A stretch of DNA of 64,000 nucleotides from the NCBI GenBank assembly GCA_028534125.1, contig CM052818.1:18788001-18852000 (forward strand). The letters run 5' to 3'. The position numbers and the translations under genes are program-made. Below are positions 26,561 to 40,149 of this stretch, piece after piece (the stretch's first letter is position 1; each line of letters begins with the position of its first letter). Source of the DNA: Lama glama. Taxonomy: Eukaryota. The notes under the pieces are model-generated. The model saw only the letters and a list, made by a program, of their open reading frames with translations, was not told where the DNA came from and did no database searches.

Positions 26561-26742
26561 ATTGTGTCAAAAATCCTGTCTTAAAATTTGAATTACTTTT
26601 GACACAACATTACAAACTGACTATAACTCAATAAAAAAAAACAGAAAAAATATTCGAATAACACTTCACAACTACATTAACCATTACTTAGACAAATAAA
26701 ATTTACAAAGTTGTACTAGTTTCAGGTACAGCAAAGTGATTC

Positions 26743-26775
<33 letters not shown>

Positions 26776-26888
26776 CTCTTTACAAGGTGATATTAGTCTA
26801 TTATTGAATCTTTTTTATCACTGAATATCATTATAGCAGAATGGCATAATGAAAGAAAACTTTCAGAGGTTTAAAAACTGAGGTCCTA

Positions 26889-26995
26889 GGGGTAGGGTAT
26901 AGCTCAGAGGTATAGTGCATGCCTAGCATGCATGAAGCCCTGGGTTCAATTCCCAGTACCTCTAAATAAATAAACCTAATTACCTTCTTCCACTA
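26889..26995 (+). mobile_element. tRNA-derived SINE (Vic-1-like) with TSD
   Basis: gggtagggtatagctcagaggtatag...ctgggttcaattcccagtacctct-aaataaataaacctaattacct; TSD actgaggtccta / actgaagtccta. Confidence 0.88.
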
Positions 26996-29015
26996 AAAAG
27001 ACTGAAGTCCTAATCAATCATTGCTTATTGATTGGCTATATGACAATGGACACATCATTTAATATCCAAGAGTCAGTACTCTCATTCATATTTTATCAAT
27101 AAAATTTTTAAAAAAGGTAATTTCACTGAGTTGTGATGAAATTCAAATAAGGTAGTTTATATGTAAGTGACAGATCTGCAAAATAAGTGAATACTAAGGG
27201 GTTATTCTGAAACTGGCATACAGCAAGAGTTTATATGGTTTAATAACAATATTCCTACTCTGTTTCTTCTAAGAGATGAAAGTTTTTAAAGTATTAACAG
27301 TAAGAACAAAAATCAATTAATTCTGAATAAGAGACTAAAGTTAGGAGAAAAGAACAAGAGATAAACTAAATTTAGAAGAGAAAAAAAGCTCTTGTCTAAG
27401 GAAAAGTATGGTAATTGAGTGTAAGGCCTTTTGTAACCTAGCAACTTAAATACACAGGAAAAGAAAAATCAGGGGTGTCATATCATACTGTAATACAGAA
27501 AGAAACATACCATACTATCAGGTGAAACTTTTTCTGGTGGAAAGCAGTATGACATCACATGAACAAGTATTTGAAATTTTACTTCTTTTTCAAAGGAAGT
27601 CAAGTTTTACAAATGTATTTTTGGATTAAGTGATGGAATATCTTAAAGTAGATATATTTTCAGTAACTTGGCCTAAGTGGTAAATGTGTTTTGATTGATA
27701 GGAAAATAAAACTTCAAAATGTTTGCACCCACAAAATCCTTTGCCCCTAAACCACTTGTTTCATACAGAAAAGATATGCATGAATTATTTTTCATATATT
27801 AACTAAAACAATTATTTTAATAATTCTAACCATGTTCTATCTTAGTATTTCTGAGATTATACTCCTAGATGCTGTTTAGTTCAAATCTACTTTTAAAATT
27901 CTATTGTGAGAGAACTGCAAATTGTTTTGATCTCAGAACTGCTATTTCCTTGAAATAGCAAATTGGAAGAACTGGTAGTGAAAACTTGCAGTTCTGGGCA
28001 GTGAAGTATCTTGAGTAAGGTCTCCAAATAACAGTCTGGTTTATGTTACCATGGCAGCACTTCCGTTCACTAGGTCTGTTCATGAACTATCAGTAACGAG
28101 ATAAAATTATGTATTTGCTAATCTATGTTTTAGAGTCTATAGCAAAAAGGAACTTATTTTTAACTAAGTTTCACTTAAAAACTTTGCCTCTTTATTGTGT
28201 TTAGATGATGGAACACAAATCATAGTTTTGGAAGTTAAGTATTGTTTAAAAATAAATATGCCTGTAACAAGATACATTTTTTGTGCAATGGAAACAGGAA
28301 ATCTGCATTCTCTCATGTACTATTTTGCATTTTGGAACTCTAAGGCTTCGGACTTATCTGGTAGAGAACCACTGAAGGTTCTGAAGAAATGAGGAATATA
28401 CTAAGAAATGAACTTTGGAAGTTATAAAGAAGTCTGGGAGAAGAGGCAATGTTCACTATTCCTGAAATATTTTTATGTATTTTCCCTGTACATTTTAATA
28501 GATCCCCCCTCCACTTAACTACCTTTTTTGTGGTTTTTAGAATCACTGAATTAAAAATGACATTCATAACTCTGCTTATAGCATGAACTTTTATGGTAGT
28601 TAGGGTGACTTCCTTTCTTGAGATTCAGCTAATCATCACTGTGAAATGTACAGTCTAAAATTGTACCAAACCAGGCAAAATTTCTAATTTCATGTTTCCC
28701 AGCTAAAATCTCACAGTTAAATATTTCAGTTTGGCTTTTAAAAATATTTAGCGTTTAAAACATAAAAACAAACAAAAAACCCACCATGTCTAACATTTTA
28801 AATTTTAAAATCCTGAGGCAGATAGATACCAAACCAAGATTTTTAGACCTGTCTTTTGAGAGTAATAACTCTGGTATGGATGGGCGTAGGGAACTAATCA
28901 GCAGCTACATCAGCTGGTTGGGTATCAACATTAATTTGTAGTTTGACCTGGACCTTTGTCATCTTGTCTTTTTTTTTTTTTTGAGCATATCATCTCTAGA
29001 TGAGTTATTCATCAG

Positions 29016-29183
29016 GCATGGGGAAATATACACAAGATCTTGTGATAGCTCACAGTGAAAAAAAATGTGACAACGAATATACGCATGTTCATGTATAACT
29101 GAAAAATTGTGTTCTACACTGGAAATTGACACAACATTGTAAACTGACTATAACTCAAAAATGTTTAAAAAAATAGAAAAAAT
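29016..29183 (+). mobile_element. Short young L1 3' end with perfect 13-bp TSD
   Basis: TSD agttattcatcag at 29003-29015 and 29184-29196; A-rich tail. The same terminus recurs as a ~50-bp stub at ~26600-26650. Confidence 0.85.
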
Positions 29184-29519
29184 AGTTATTCATCAGAAAA
29201 GTGCTTTCAAGGTTGTCAAATTCAATTCCAACTTTTAATGGAAGAAAGTATAACTCACTTGCCTTCTTCAAATTGGAAGAGAAATACTGTCATTTTAGGC
29301 ACTGGTTCAAGAAGTATTTCATAAACAAACAAAACCACAAACATTCCCAATCCTACTTGAACGTATCATTTTCTGTCCAAATTTCTGACATTTAAAGTGG
29401 TCCACTGATTTTCGTGAAGACCATCACCTACCAGTTCCTTCCCTCCCACTCTGACTTGTAATGCTAGCTAATTTTTGATCCAATATATTACAATTTCTGT
29501 ATTTATCCTTGTATTCTTT

Positions 29520-29648
29520 TAAAAAAATTTTTCTTTTTTTATTTTCGGGGGAGGTAATTTTTTATCTTTTAATGGAGGTACTGGGGATTGCAGCCAGGAC
29601 TTCATGCCTGCTAAGCACACACTCTATCCCTAAGAGCTATATCCTTCC
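29520..29648 (-). mobile_element. tRNA-derived SINE (Vic-1-like)
   Basis: gggggaggtaatt...ttttaatggaggtactggggattgcagccaggact...gagctatatcc. Confidence 0.82.
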
Positions 29649-30859
29649 ACTTTTCCTTGGATTATTTATTAACTCAAAAGATGATTTCTTTCTCATCACA
29701 CTCTCCCTGTACTCTATGCTTTCCTATTCACTTGCTCTCACTTCCTTAATGTCTTTCTTTCTCTATGCATTCAGAAATGCTCAGATTGATTATATAAATA
29801 ATGCATACAATAAAACATTATGGACAAGAACATATCCTTTTTGATCACTACCACAAATTACACCACACTAGACATATTGTTCTGCAACTTTTATTACAAA
29901 CAATACCACAGTGGATATTATTAGCATCTCCTGTGTGCAAGTAAGAATTTTACTTTAAGAGAAATCAGAATCTGATCCACTATATCAAAGGATATACACA
30001 TTTCTAATTTTAATAACTACTGCCAAATTACCTTCAAGAATGGTCATACTAATTGACACTACTATCAGTAGTATGAAACTACTGATACCGATCTATTTCT
30101 CCATATCTTCATCTAATTTGATATTATAAAACATTAAAAATTTTTGCAACCTTATGGGTAAAAACTTTTTTGTTTGTCCCTGATTACCAGAGAGGATGAA
30201 CATCTCTGCATAAGTTTATTGATCATCTGTATTTCCTCCTCTGTGAACTGCCTAGTCATATTCTTGTCCATTTTTTCTATTAGGTTTTCTTTTTCTTGTT
30301 GAATTATACTTGTTCTTTACATATAGTGGTGTACTGCTGATTGTAAACATCTCCTATCAACTTCCCATTTAATGATACAATGTTGGTAGCTTGAAACTGA
30401 CCATGATAGAAATATTTATACCATGGAAGTCTATAAAAGCTGCATCTCCACCCCCATCCAATTGTTAAACCTTTACCAGTATACCACTATTTATATAATT
30501 TTAATCCTAATCTTTTGGCTGCTACTTGTCTAAATCATTTCTTCTTAGCTAATCATTTTCAAGTTTTCTATAACATTTGACACTGTTGCTCATTCAACTT
30601 ATCCCCCTTGGCTTCCACTATACCATACTTTTCCTAGACTTGTCTACTGAAAATCAGTGCTAATGACTTCCAAACTTAGTGCTTTAATCCCACAATATCA
30701 CCACTATTCCTGTATCATATTTCTAAATACCTAGTAGATAGTTTCCCTTTTATATCCCACCATAAGTATAAACCTAGTAGGTTTAAAACTAGAAAAGGAT
30801 TAAGTGATAGTTAAAAAAAAAAATCTAGTGATGCATGTTGGAAAGGATACATTCAGAAT

Positions 30860-31226
30860 TTCTAACACTTCCAGTCACCTGAAAGTTTCACTGGAGCTGA
30901 GGAGTCTGCTTCCAAAATTGCTCACTCACATGGCTACTAGCAGGATGTCTCATTTTCTTGCCACATGGGCCTCTACATAGGGCTACTTTAGTGCCCTTAT
31001 TATATAGCAGCTAGCTGGTTTCCCACAGAGCTAGTTATCTAAGAGCTCAAGATGGAAGCCATAATGTTTTTTATGACCTGGACTCAAAAAATATGATCCA
31101 TCATTTCCACAGTATCCTCTTGGTAACACAAGCCAGCCTTGTTCAGTACTGGAGGGGACTCTACAAGGACATGAATACTGGAAAGTGGGGCTCATTTGAG
31201 GGCCAACTTGGAGGCTGACTATGACA
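30860..31226 (-). mobile_element. MaLR LTR (MLT1-type)
   Basis: gctcactcacatggct...ccacatgggcctctacatagggct...gatggaagccataatgttttttatgacct...ggaggctgactatgaca. Confidence 0.7.
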
Positions 31227-31403
31227 GAGATTAATCCTTTGAAATGGCTGAGGCTTTTTCAATGGCCTAGCATGTGGCTGATCTTCATAATTATTCCATG
31301 TGTAGAAGAGAATGTGTTACAAAGCAATTTATTACACAGCAATAGATAACTAATACAAACTCCTTTAAATTAGTTATAAGATGATGATGTGTTCAAATGT
31401 CTT

Positions 31404-31547
31404 GCTACCCAGTGTGTCCATGGATTAGAGGCATCAGGATCACCTGGGAGCTTGTTAGAGAGCCTCAGTCCCCATCCCAGATTTGCTGAATCAGAATCTG
31501 CATTTTAACAAGATCCCCAGATGATTAGTAAGTTTGAGCAGCACTGT
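31404..31547. mobile_element. MER5A-like hAT MITE
   Basis: catcaggatcacctgggagcttgttaga...ctgaatcagaatctgcattttaacaagatcccc...aagtttgagcagcactg. Confidence 0.8.
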
Positions 31548-31629
31548 CATATAAAATCCTTCAGTCACCTAAAAATATAATTACTTGCTCTTTTAACTTT
31601 TAGTCCAAATAAGAACAGGAGAGTTTTGC

Positions 31630-34320
31630 TACCATGTAGGGTATAGAAAGCCGTAAAAGAATATCACTCCCAGCCTAACAAGGAAAAAAAAATCTACAAA
31701 ACCATGATTTTTTTATGAGCTTATCTGAGAGCTCAGGCTGCAAGACAACTGAAAGAACTTAATTCTGAAGAGTGACAGGCCCTGTAAGGAGAGATGAAAC
31801 ATATGAACTGCTTCACCTTTGGAAGGGCGTGGAAGAAATGGCAGTCATAATAACAGAAGGTAAGAAAAATTGCGCAAATTTTAACAAATTTTTAAAAGAC
31901 GAGTGTAAGCTGGCAAGATAATTTAGCATCCCTGGCCTTCCCAGACAGAAGAGTCTGCATCCACCAGTCAGCATTTTTCCACGAGCCTCCATAATGTGCT
32001 TCACAGGAAGATTGTAGGCAGGGCAGGAGACCTAGGGAAGACATCCTTGGAGATGGAGATAGATATACAGAAACTTTCAAGGCTTGATGCTAGAGCAAGG
32101 ATACCAGGCAAAGTTCATTCATGCTCCAGGCCCTGAATGTGCATAAGGTGAGATCAGGTGTCACTGTGCAAGAGGCACAAAACCTGCCTACACACTGGAC
32201 AAAGCTCCAATAAGAAGCAAAAGCTGTCTGCCACTGAGCGAGAGGCAAAATAACCTCCTCACCCCAGTCCTAGCCAAAGGGTGGCTACTGTTGGAAGAAA
32301 AGTATAAAACCCAGCTATCTTTATACTTTCCTGATACCAGGTAATGTGCTACGTGTCATTAGAAGGGCAGGAAATCTGCTCATGCCCAAATTCTCCAAAG
32401 ATACAAAGCAGAGATCTTTGGCCACTGGAAAAGGAAATGGTTGTTCACTTGTACCCAGAACTTCCCACTGATACTAGGCAGCATTTATCTACCACAATGG
32501 GAATGAGCAGAAAATTGGCCTGAGCTGTGCAACAGCACTGTCCAATAGGACTTTATACAATGACAGAAATATCTATGTTTGTGCTGTCCAATATGCCAAC
32601 TAATAGCCACACGTAGATAATTGGTAATTGATGAGTGCAGCTCAAGACTCCACTCTGAGTAGATGGGAGAGACTGTCCACTCATGGAGGAGATGAGAAAG
32701 TCCTACTCTTGAGGCACAGGCATACAGAGCCTGCTTAAGACTGAAACTAGAGCATAAGAACAAAGAAAGAAACACACCCTGCCCACACCAAGCACCCTGC
32801 ACCAAGTAACAAAGCAAGAGCAACCTCCTGCTGATGAAGGGGCTAGAGCACAGAGAGAAATACTCAACTCCCAAATGCGTCACAAGCTGAAAGATGAAGG
32901 TGGAGCTGAAATGCTGAGAAAAATTACCCGACATTCCAGGCCTCACAGTAAGTACAAAGTATCAGTGGTCCAACTCCATAGGAATGTGAAGACTATGATA
33001 CACTGAAGGTAATTACGACAACCACAAGACCCAAACCCAGTTCAATTATTAACTAGATTGACCAATACCTTTTCATACTAACAACCTAACAGAAGTACAA
33101 GCTTATATATTTCTGGAAAGAAATCTTATTTACCTCAGTCTCTAGCATTCTTTTACAAACAGTATCTGACATTTAATCTAAAATTATGAAAGACACAAAA
33201 ACAGGAGATAAAACAACAAACAAAACCAGACCCAGAGATAGCCCAGAAACTGAAATTATCAGACAAAAACTATAACTATGATTAATATGTTTACTGGTCT
33301 GGTGGGGAATTTTAGCAGAGAGATGGAGACTTTTCAAAAGGCAAGTGAAATACTAGAGATAAAAAATATGAAGAAAAGTTTATCAAGCTGATCAGCAGAA
33401 TGAACACAATAGTGAAAAGAGTAAAACTGGAGAAAGATCAACAGAAATTATCCAAACTGAAACAAAGAAAGAAAAGAGTAGGAAAAGGGGCAGAGCAATC
33501 AAGAGGGGAGACAAAAGCAAATGGTTTAATATATTTTTACTTGGGGTCCTAGAAGTAGACAGTGAACCACAAGAAATAGTTGAAGAGATCATAAGCAAAA
33601 AAAATTTCTAAATTTAATGACAACAAACCACAGAATCAACAACCTCTGAAGAACCAAAGCAGGATAAAAATAAAGAAAAACACACTTAGGCACAGGATAG
33701 TCAAAACTGATAAAAATATAAAAACTGGGGATAAAGAGAAAAGAGAAAAATCTTGAAGACAGAAAAAACCCACAAAAACATGACAACAACAACAAAAAAG
33801 AAATATTACAAACAGAAGGCCAAAGAATGGCAGCAGACTTCTCATTTGAAACTATGCAAGCCAGAAGACAAGAGAGTAATGTCTTTAAAGTACTTAAAAT
33901 ATTTCATTGCTAGTGGACCCAAACTATAAGAAATATTAAATAAACTTCTTTGGGAAAAAGGAACTGATCCAGATAAGGCATAAGGATTAGTCAACTTCTT
34001 CCGTAAAAGGCCAGATAAAAAGTGAAATAATATTTGAAGGTAGACTATGATAAATTAAAGACATATACTGTAAACTGTATAGCAACCACTTTAAATAAAA
34101 ACGTAATAGCAAGTAAGCCAATAGAAGAGATAAAATAGAATCATAAGAAATACTCAATTGATAAAAAGGCAGAAAAGGAAAAAGAACAGATAGAGCAAAT
34201 ACAAAACAAATGTGGCATGATGATAGATTTAAATCTAACCATATCAATTACATTAATGTAAATGGACTACATTCCAATTATAAGGCAGAGACTGTTAAGT
34301 TGAATAAGAAATAATACATA
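31630..34320 (+). mobile_element. Old L1 5'UTR/ORF1 remnant, with a nested MER3-like element at ~32532-32620
   Basis: A-rich degenerate ORF1 motifs (cagacttctcatttgaaactatgcaagccagaagaca; attacattaatgtaaatggact at the ORF2 start); MER3 head cagcactgtccaatagga. Confidence 0.7.
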
Positions 34321-34610
34321 GATACAGTGACAAGACTACTACAGAAACTAAGAACAGAAAGTTGGAATATTAAAAACAAAACTAGTTTATGTACCTATAG
34401 TAAACTAAACATAATTCTGCTAGACTTATGTCAGTACAGAAAAAAATTTAAAACAGCTCAGATGAAAGCAAATGGTGAATACAATTAACCTCAAGCAGAA
34501 GTAATCTTACTTGACTATTTTTTGTCTTACTTTGATTTCACCATATTTTAAGGTCTCTATGTTAATTCTCCCCCACCTCCCCAAATATAGCAATGTTCAT
34601 AAACACTGAC

Positions 34611-35147
34611 CTTGCCATGGCTTCTTTCCACTTTCTGAAAACATTTATTCAGGGACAGATTATGTCGAACAGAATTCTTCCAGCCTGTTGGTGCAGTTGC
34701 AAAATATGGGAAGCGGTTCAGAATCCAGCTATAAATTTCTTTGACAGGCAAACATTTATTTGGAGAGTGTTCAATAGCCATATAAATGAGAAGACTAAAG
34801 GAGTATGGGGGCTTTGAAGTTGCTGATTTTTTCTCTGGGTTCTGATAGCAAGGTGGTCCTAAGGATGGCACATCATCTCCCTCTATGTCATACAATGGAC
34901 TAACAATTGGAAGACCCTCACTTCCGAAGCTGAAGTTTGTTAGAAGATTAGTACTTTCATGAAGCCAGTTCAAGTTTGTGAGCTCATCATCTGCTGACTC
35001 ACTGTCCACTAGAGTGGCCTTTGGCCTGGCAGCATCAACAGCTTCAGGCAAGCTTCCCATTTTGTAAATCTGGCTTAATCCTGCGAACTTTTCAGCTCCT
35101 GGAGTTTCAGCTCTCTTCTCTGGAGTCATTCCAATTACTGGACCCAT
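34611..35147 (-). CDS. FOXN2: FOXN2 first coding exon (exon 3; whole exon 34611-35165), residues 1-179 including most of the forkhead domain
   Basis: ATG at 35147. Encodes [31 protein letters not shown]...[25 protein letters not shown]. Acceptor tttcttttgtttcag at 35166; donor AAG|gtcagt at 34610. 537 nt coding, phase 0. Confidence 0.97.
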
Positions 35148-37689
35148 TTACTCCTACAGTTAGTTCTGAAACAAAAGAAATAATTATCAATCAATGTAAT
35201 ATTGAAGATTCATAAACTCATGGAAAAAGGAAATACATATTTAAATATCCCCAAATCAGAGAAATTTTACAATTAGTATCCCACATAATATTTAAGCACA
35301 ATATTTGTACAACAAAGACACTAAAAGTTACAATACAAGAAACAGAACTTACTGCATATTATTTGAAATAACTGTAAATAAAATGAAGTATTATAGCACT
35401 ATATGTAAGGGTGACATTAACATAATTAAATAATGTATTTTGAATACTTGTTAAAGTCCCTAGTCTGTAGTAACTGCCTAATAAGTAATGAGTGCTATTA
35501 TTAAAAATAAACAGACTATTTCTTAATCACTGAATTACCAGCAAAATTATATTTACTATAAGTTTATCATTTCTTTTGTAAATTCCATTATTTTTAACTC
35601 TTCCTTCATTATCATCTTATCAAGCACTGATAGTGAAAGGCTGACATTCTCTTAGTAAAGTCTCAAATGTCACTATATTTTCAAGGGGAGAAAAAAAAGC
35701 TGTTTCTAAACTATCCTTTTTTATTTCTACTTTTTCAGTGACTTTTGGATTTCCTCTTGAAGCAAACTTCAATTCAAAAATCTTATCAAGGGAGAATAAC
35801 TGACCAAGAAAGAAAGTGATAGAACCTTGCCATTTAATTCATTTTCAATGGTTCATCAAGGTACCTCATCTCCAAATTCTGTGAAAAATACTCTATTTGT
35901 CTTCTATTATTCTATTCAATCTTCTTATGCTTATATAACTGAAATAAGAGAAGTATGTCTGGGATTTCATTTTACTTAAATCAAAGCTGGAAGATTACTG
36001 TAAGACTTATGAAAACCAGTCAATTTTAGATGTAGAACAGTTTATCTAGATTCTGGTAGCTATTAGATGCCATCTCAGAACACCGAATTATCAACAGAAT
36101 CAGGTAATACTTTTGGAGTCAGCCACTGCACTAAAACACAACATACCACATTTCAATTAACTATCAATTAAACCCTACAAAGTAGGCACTATTATTAGCT
36201 CAATTTTATTGGGAAAATGACTCAGAGAGGTTAAGCATCCTGTTTGAGGTTGCCTAGCTTGTAACTAGAAGCACTAGAATCTAAACCCAGGAAGACTAAC
36301 CTCAGAACCAAACCTCAAACCACTACATTATCCTGGTAATAGTATACGTATACACATCACCTATGAGTACCAATGACCCAACCCTATCCATTTGAAATCT
36401 TATCACTGTTCTCTCTTTATCCAGTTCCTATCTCTCTCATGTATACCTACGACTTAACAAACCAAGGCATTGCAAAAAGGAAAAGATCAAACTATAACAA
36501 ATTTGGTTTCTATTTTAATCAATTATGAAAACCACACATACACAAACATATGTACATGTGCACGTATGTACATACAACATATTTCAGAGATGACATCCTG
36601 CCCTATGTAACCAAATTATTAATTTTACCACCAAAGTCTCTCTACCCATAGAGAATTTTTAAAATATAATGGATGAGAATTCATTAGTTGAAGAAAGTCT
36701 TGCTTCTTTTTTTTCCAAAACACTCTTAGCACTCAGTGTTCAAAGAGTGGAAATGACAAATTTCTAATGGTCTACTTCTGCCTTTTCACCTATATCCACA
36801 TTCATCTTCAATTACATATAAAAATTAGAGAGTACCAAATAGCAGTGGCTAACATTTACTAGATTTTATTATATTACAGGCACTATATTATAGTCTTTAA
36901 AATGCATCATCTCTACTTATTCTGCACTACTACTTAGTTCTTTGTACGGTCCTCTCTTCCTGACTGTGAATCCCATAAAGAGTAAGTCTTTTACTTTCGT
37001 ATTCCTAATGAATCTTAACAAAATGTTGGGCATGAGCTGGCAGTCAAATATCATAATTATTTCAAACTGAAATGACCTTATAAAATCAACACATACCAAC
37101 TGCTGTGCTATCTGCTTTTAAGAGTTATTTTACTTTAGAAATAAATCCTTAATGCTAGGAAACATCCTCACTAGTAGCAACCAGAAAACTGAAATCATTG
37201 TTATAGATGAGGAAATGGAAGTGAAGTAAGCAATTTACCTTAGGGTTCTAAAGCCAATAAAAAGTGAAGCCAAAATTGTAAACCAGGCTGAGTTCTACAT
37301 TCAAGTTTTTTGTCCATTAGAATACACTAATGTCTTGAGAAATTTATATTTTAGCAATACCACTCAAAACAGATAGATACTGTTGACAGTCTCATCAGAA
37401 ACTAATTTGAATGATAGCAAATATGTTATTCCTCTGAATTACAAGCTTAGAATAAAATCCCATTACTTTAAGATGTAAGACAACATTATGGCAGCAAATA
37501 TGCCAAAGACTACACAAAGCATACAGCCAAGCAAAGGTAAAAAGTCAAGTGCTGAAATTGAAAGGCTGATACTCTTTTAGTAAGGTTTTTATGGTCACTG
37601 TATTTTCAAGGAGAGAAAAAAGCTGTTTCTAAACTAACCCTGTAGAATATTTTAGAACACTATCTACTTAAAACACTAAGTCCACCATA

Positions 37690-38380
37690 ATAGACAAATG
37701 ATCTTTTCTTACAAATAAGTATATAAATAGCAAACAAATGTATTAGAAAATATTCAGCTTCATTGATGATCAAAGAAATGCAAAGCAAAATAAAAATGTG
37801 ATATTAAATATGATAATGTACTTATTAGCACACTGCCTGGTGAGCACAAATATTGGTAATACAAATAACAATTTCTATTTTTGCCCAAATTAGCAATGGT
37901 TTAAAAAATATATAATATACAATTTTGGGCAAGGACATAGGACCATTCTGGAGAGCAAACTGGCAGTATAACCAAGAATCATTAACAGTGTCATATTCTT
38001 TGACCCAATAAATCCACTTAAAAGTCACTTCAGTGCAATAACCCCATGGAGGGAGAAAGATTCTCTCCCCTCTTTCTCTCTTAAACACAGAGATGTTTAT
38101 CCAAGAATTATGAAAGATAATGGGAAAACTATAAACACCTTATATATTTTATTATTGAGAAATTGCTGACTAAACTAAAGCACATCTATTCAAGCTGACA
38201 TTCAGCAGTCATTAAAAATGTCTTGAAGACTGTGAAGTAAACAAAAAAGCTTATTAACTGCTGAAAAAGTAGAAAATATACAAAAAGCTAATAATGGTTT
38301 ATATTAGTAACTTGGTCATTTTTTCTTTGTTTTAGTTTCCAGTTTTTCTTTAATGTTTGTTATTTTTATAGTTTAAAATT
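37690..38380 (+). mobile_element. Ancient L1 (L1ME-like) 3' remnant
   Basis: gatcaaagaaatgcaaagcaaaa, ttctggagagcaaactggcagtat, tctttgacccaataaatccactt. Confidence 0.55.
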
Positions 38381-40149
38381 AAAACAACACACTCAAGAGG
38401 GAAAAACTCATGCTAGATTATTTTTAGTTGTAGTATTTCCATTTCACAAAAAATCAAATCACAAAAAGGTCACAGACTGATCAAAGACCTCAAGTCAGAA
38501 ACAGAAGGCACCCTTCATATTCTTAGTACACTACAGCCTATTCTGTTACTAAGCTTTTCTGTAACACAAATTAGCTCACTAGTAAGGGAAAGATTCTACT
38601 ACAATGTAAAAATCACATTGGTTTGTACATGATTTTTCCCTGCCTATATTTTTGCACTACTCAGTAATAAGAGCTGAAACCAAAATAGGCTAACACACTG
38701 GAAAGCAGCAAGCTGCTGAAAATACAGTACTGTACACAATTCTCATTCAATCCATGTTCTTCCTCTTGGCACAGCTTAGCCACATGCATTTTCTTGGAAG
38801 TGTTTAATGAGCTCCTCTTCTTCTCCAAATCTTTATATATTTTACTCTGGCCTCCATAACCCTGCACTTCAATCTTTCCTTGCATGCCCTTCTATCAGGC
38901 TGCGTTCATCTTTTTTTTTAAATCTTAAATTGACTGTAGTATTTCTTTATTTATAACAAATTTAATATATCTTTTAAAACATTCTAGTATTTCTATTAAA
39001 ATTTATTTTTGTTAGTGTTCTGATTACAAAGCTTTGCATGTTTTAGGTGTGACCCATCAGCTGTGCACAATTTCAGTGTTTTCAGAAATATATAATATGT
39101 AATACTACCACAGAAAGGTCTGTATATTTCCCACTATAACCAAGAAAACTTGTAGTTTTATTTATTTGGAAAATTCTAATTTTATGAAAAACTATTTCTT
39201 AAACTGAACCAGTTCAGTAGCAGAAAATAATGTGCGTACAAGTTTGCTTCATGAAGCTAAATGAGTAAAGAAATAAAAGGAAATCTGGGCTAGTAAAATA
39301 ACATTTCCTTTTAAATCTTTCACAAACAATACTTCAACAAACCACATATAATTGTTCCACATGGTAAATGCCACTCAAAACAAGCAGTTAAGGCCTAGCA
39401 AATAAGATGTAGGATTTGAAAAATATATTCTAATTTCTTAAGTGTGTAACTAGCATAACTCAAATAATGAATATATGCTTTATAAATTGATTCCTAAAAC
39501 CAAGCCATTACTACCAAAAAAAGTAGGCAAATGTACAAGTCATTTCAGAAAAGTACACATTTGTGTTAGGACTCCAAATCTACACTTCAAAAAAGGACAG
39601 AATTTTCCCTCACAAGGAGAATTTTTAAAGTGGAGAGTTCAAACCCAGTACAATGATTTGGAAGCCTGTATCTAGAACTTCACTGTTCAGTGTCATGGCG
39701 GTATCTTGAAAAGATGGCTCAGGATTAAAATGCACCTTTTTCACAGCTATGCAGCTCAACCCTCTTTCAAAGGTGCGTAACAGAAAACTGCATATCTGCA
39801 TATTATGTTCAATATTTCAGTGAAACTCAACTCTAGGACAAGAAAAATAAAACTCCCTATTTGAGTTATTAGATCATTTCCTAAAAGGTTAGAGGAGAGC
39901 ACTTTCGCTTAAGGTTGGTATTAACACTGGTCTGAGAGGAAATTCTTAACAGGGACCAAAGAAGAGAAGGGACACTAAGACACAGAATTTTCAGTGTTAT
40001 GTAAGACACAAGGTGCTGAATTACAGTATTACAGGTGTTACACTGATAGCTTTATTTTGCCTCAAATAACTAAGGAACTTCCTAAACACAAAATGTTGGT
40101 TAAAACCACATTTTATGGCTTAATTTGTTCACATTTTAACCGACTGTAT

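Noticed and set aside
26889..26965. tRNA-like heads (also at 46124 and 59197)
   Set aside because: Degenerate cloverleaf with SINE tails and TSDs. These are SINEs, not tRNA genes.
34557..34610. ORF-track extension [17 protein letters not shown] after exon 3
   Set aside because: Read-through past the AAG|gtcagt donor into intron 3. The forkhead domain continues properly in exon 4.
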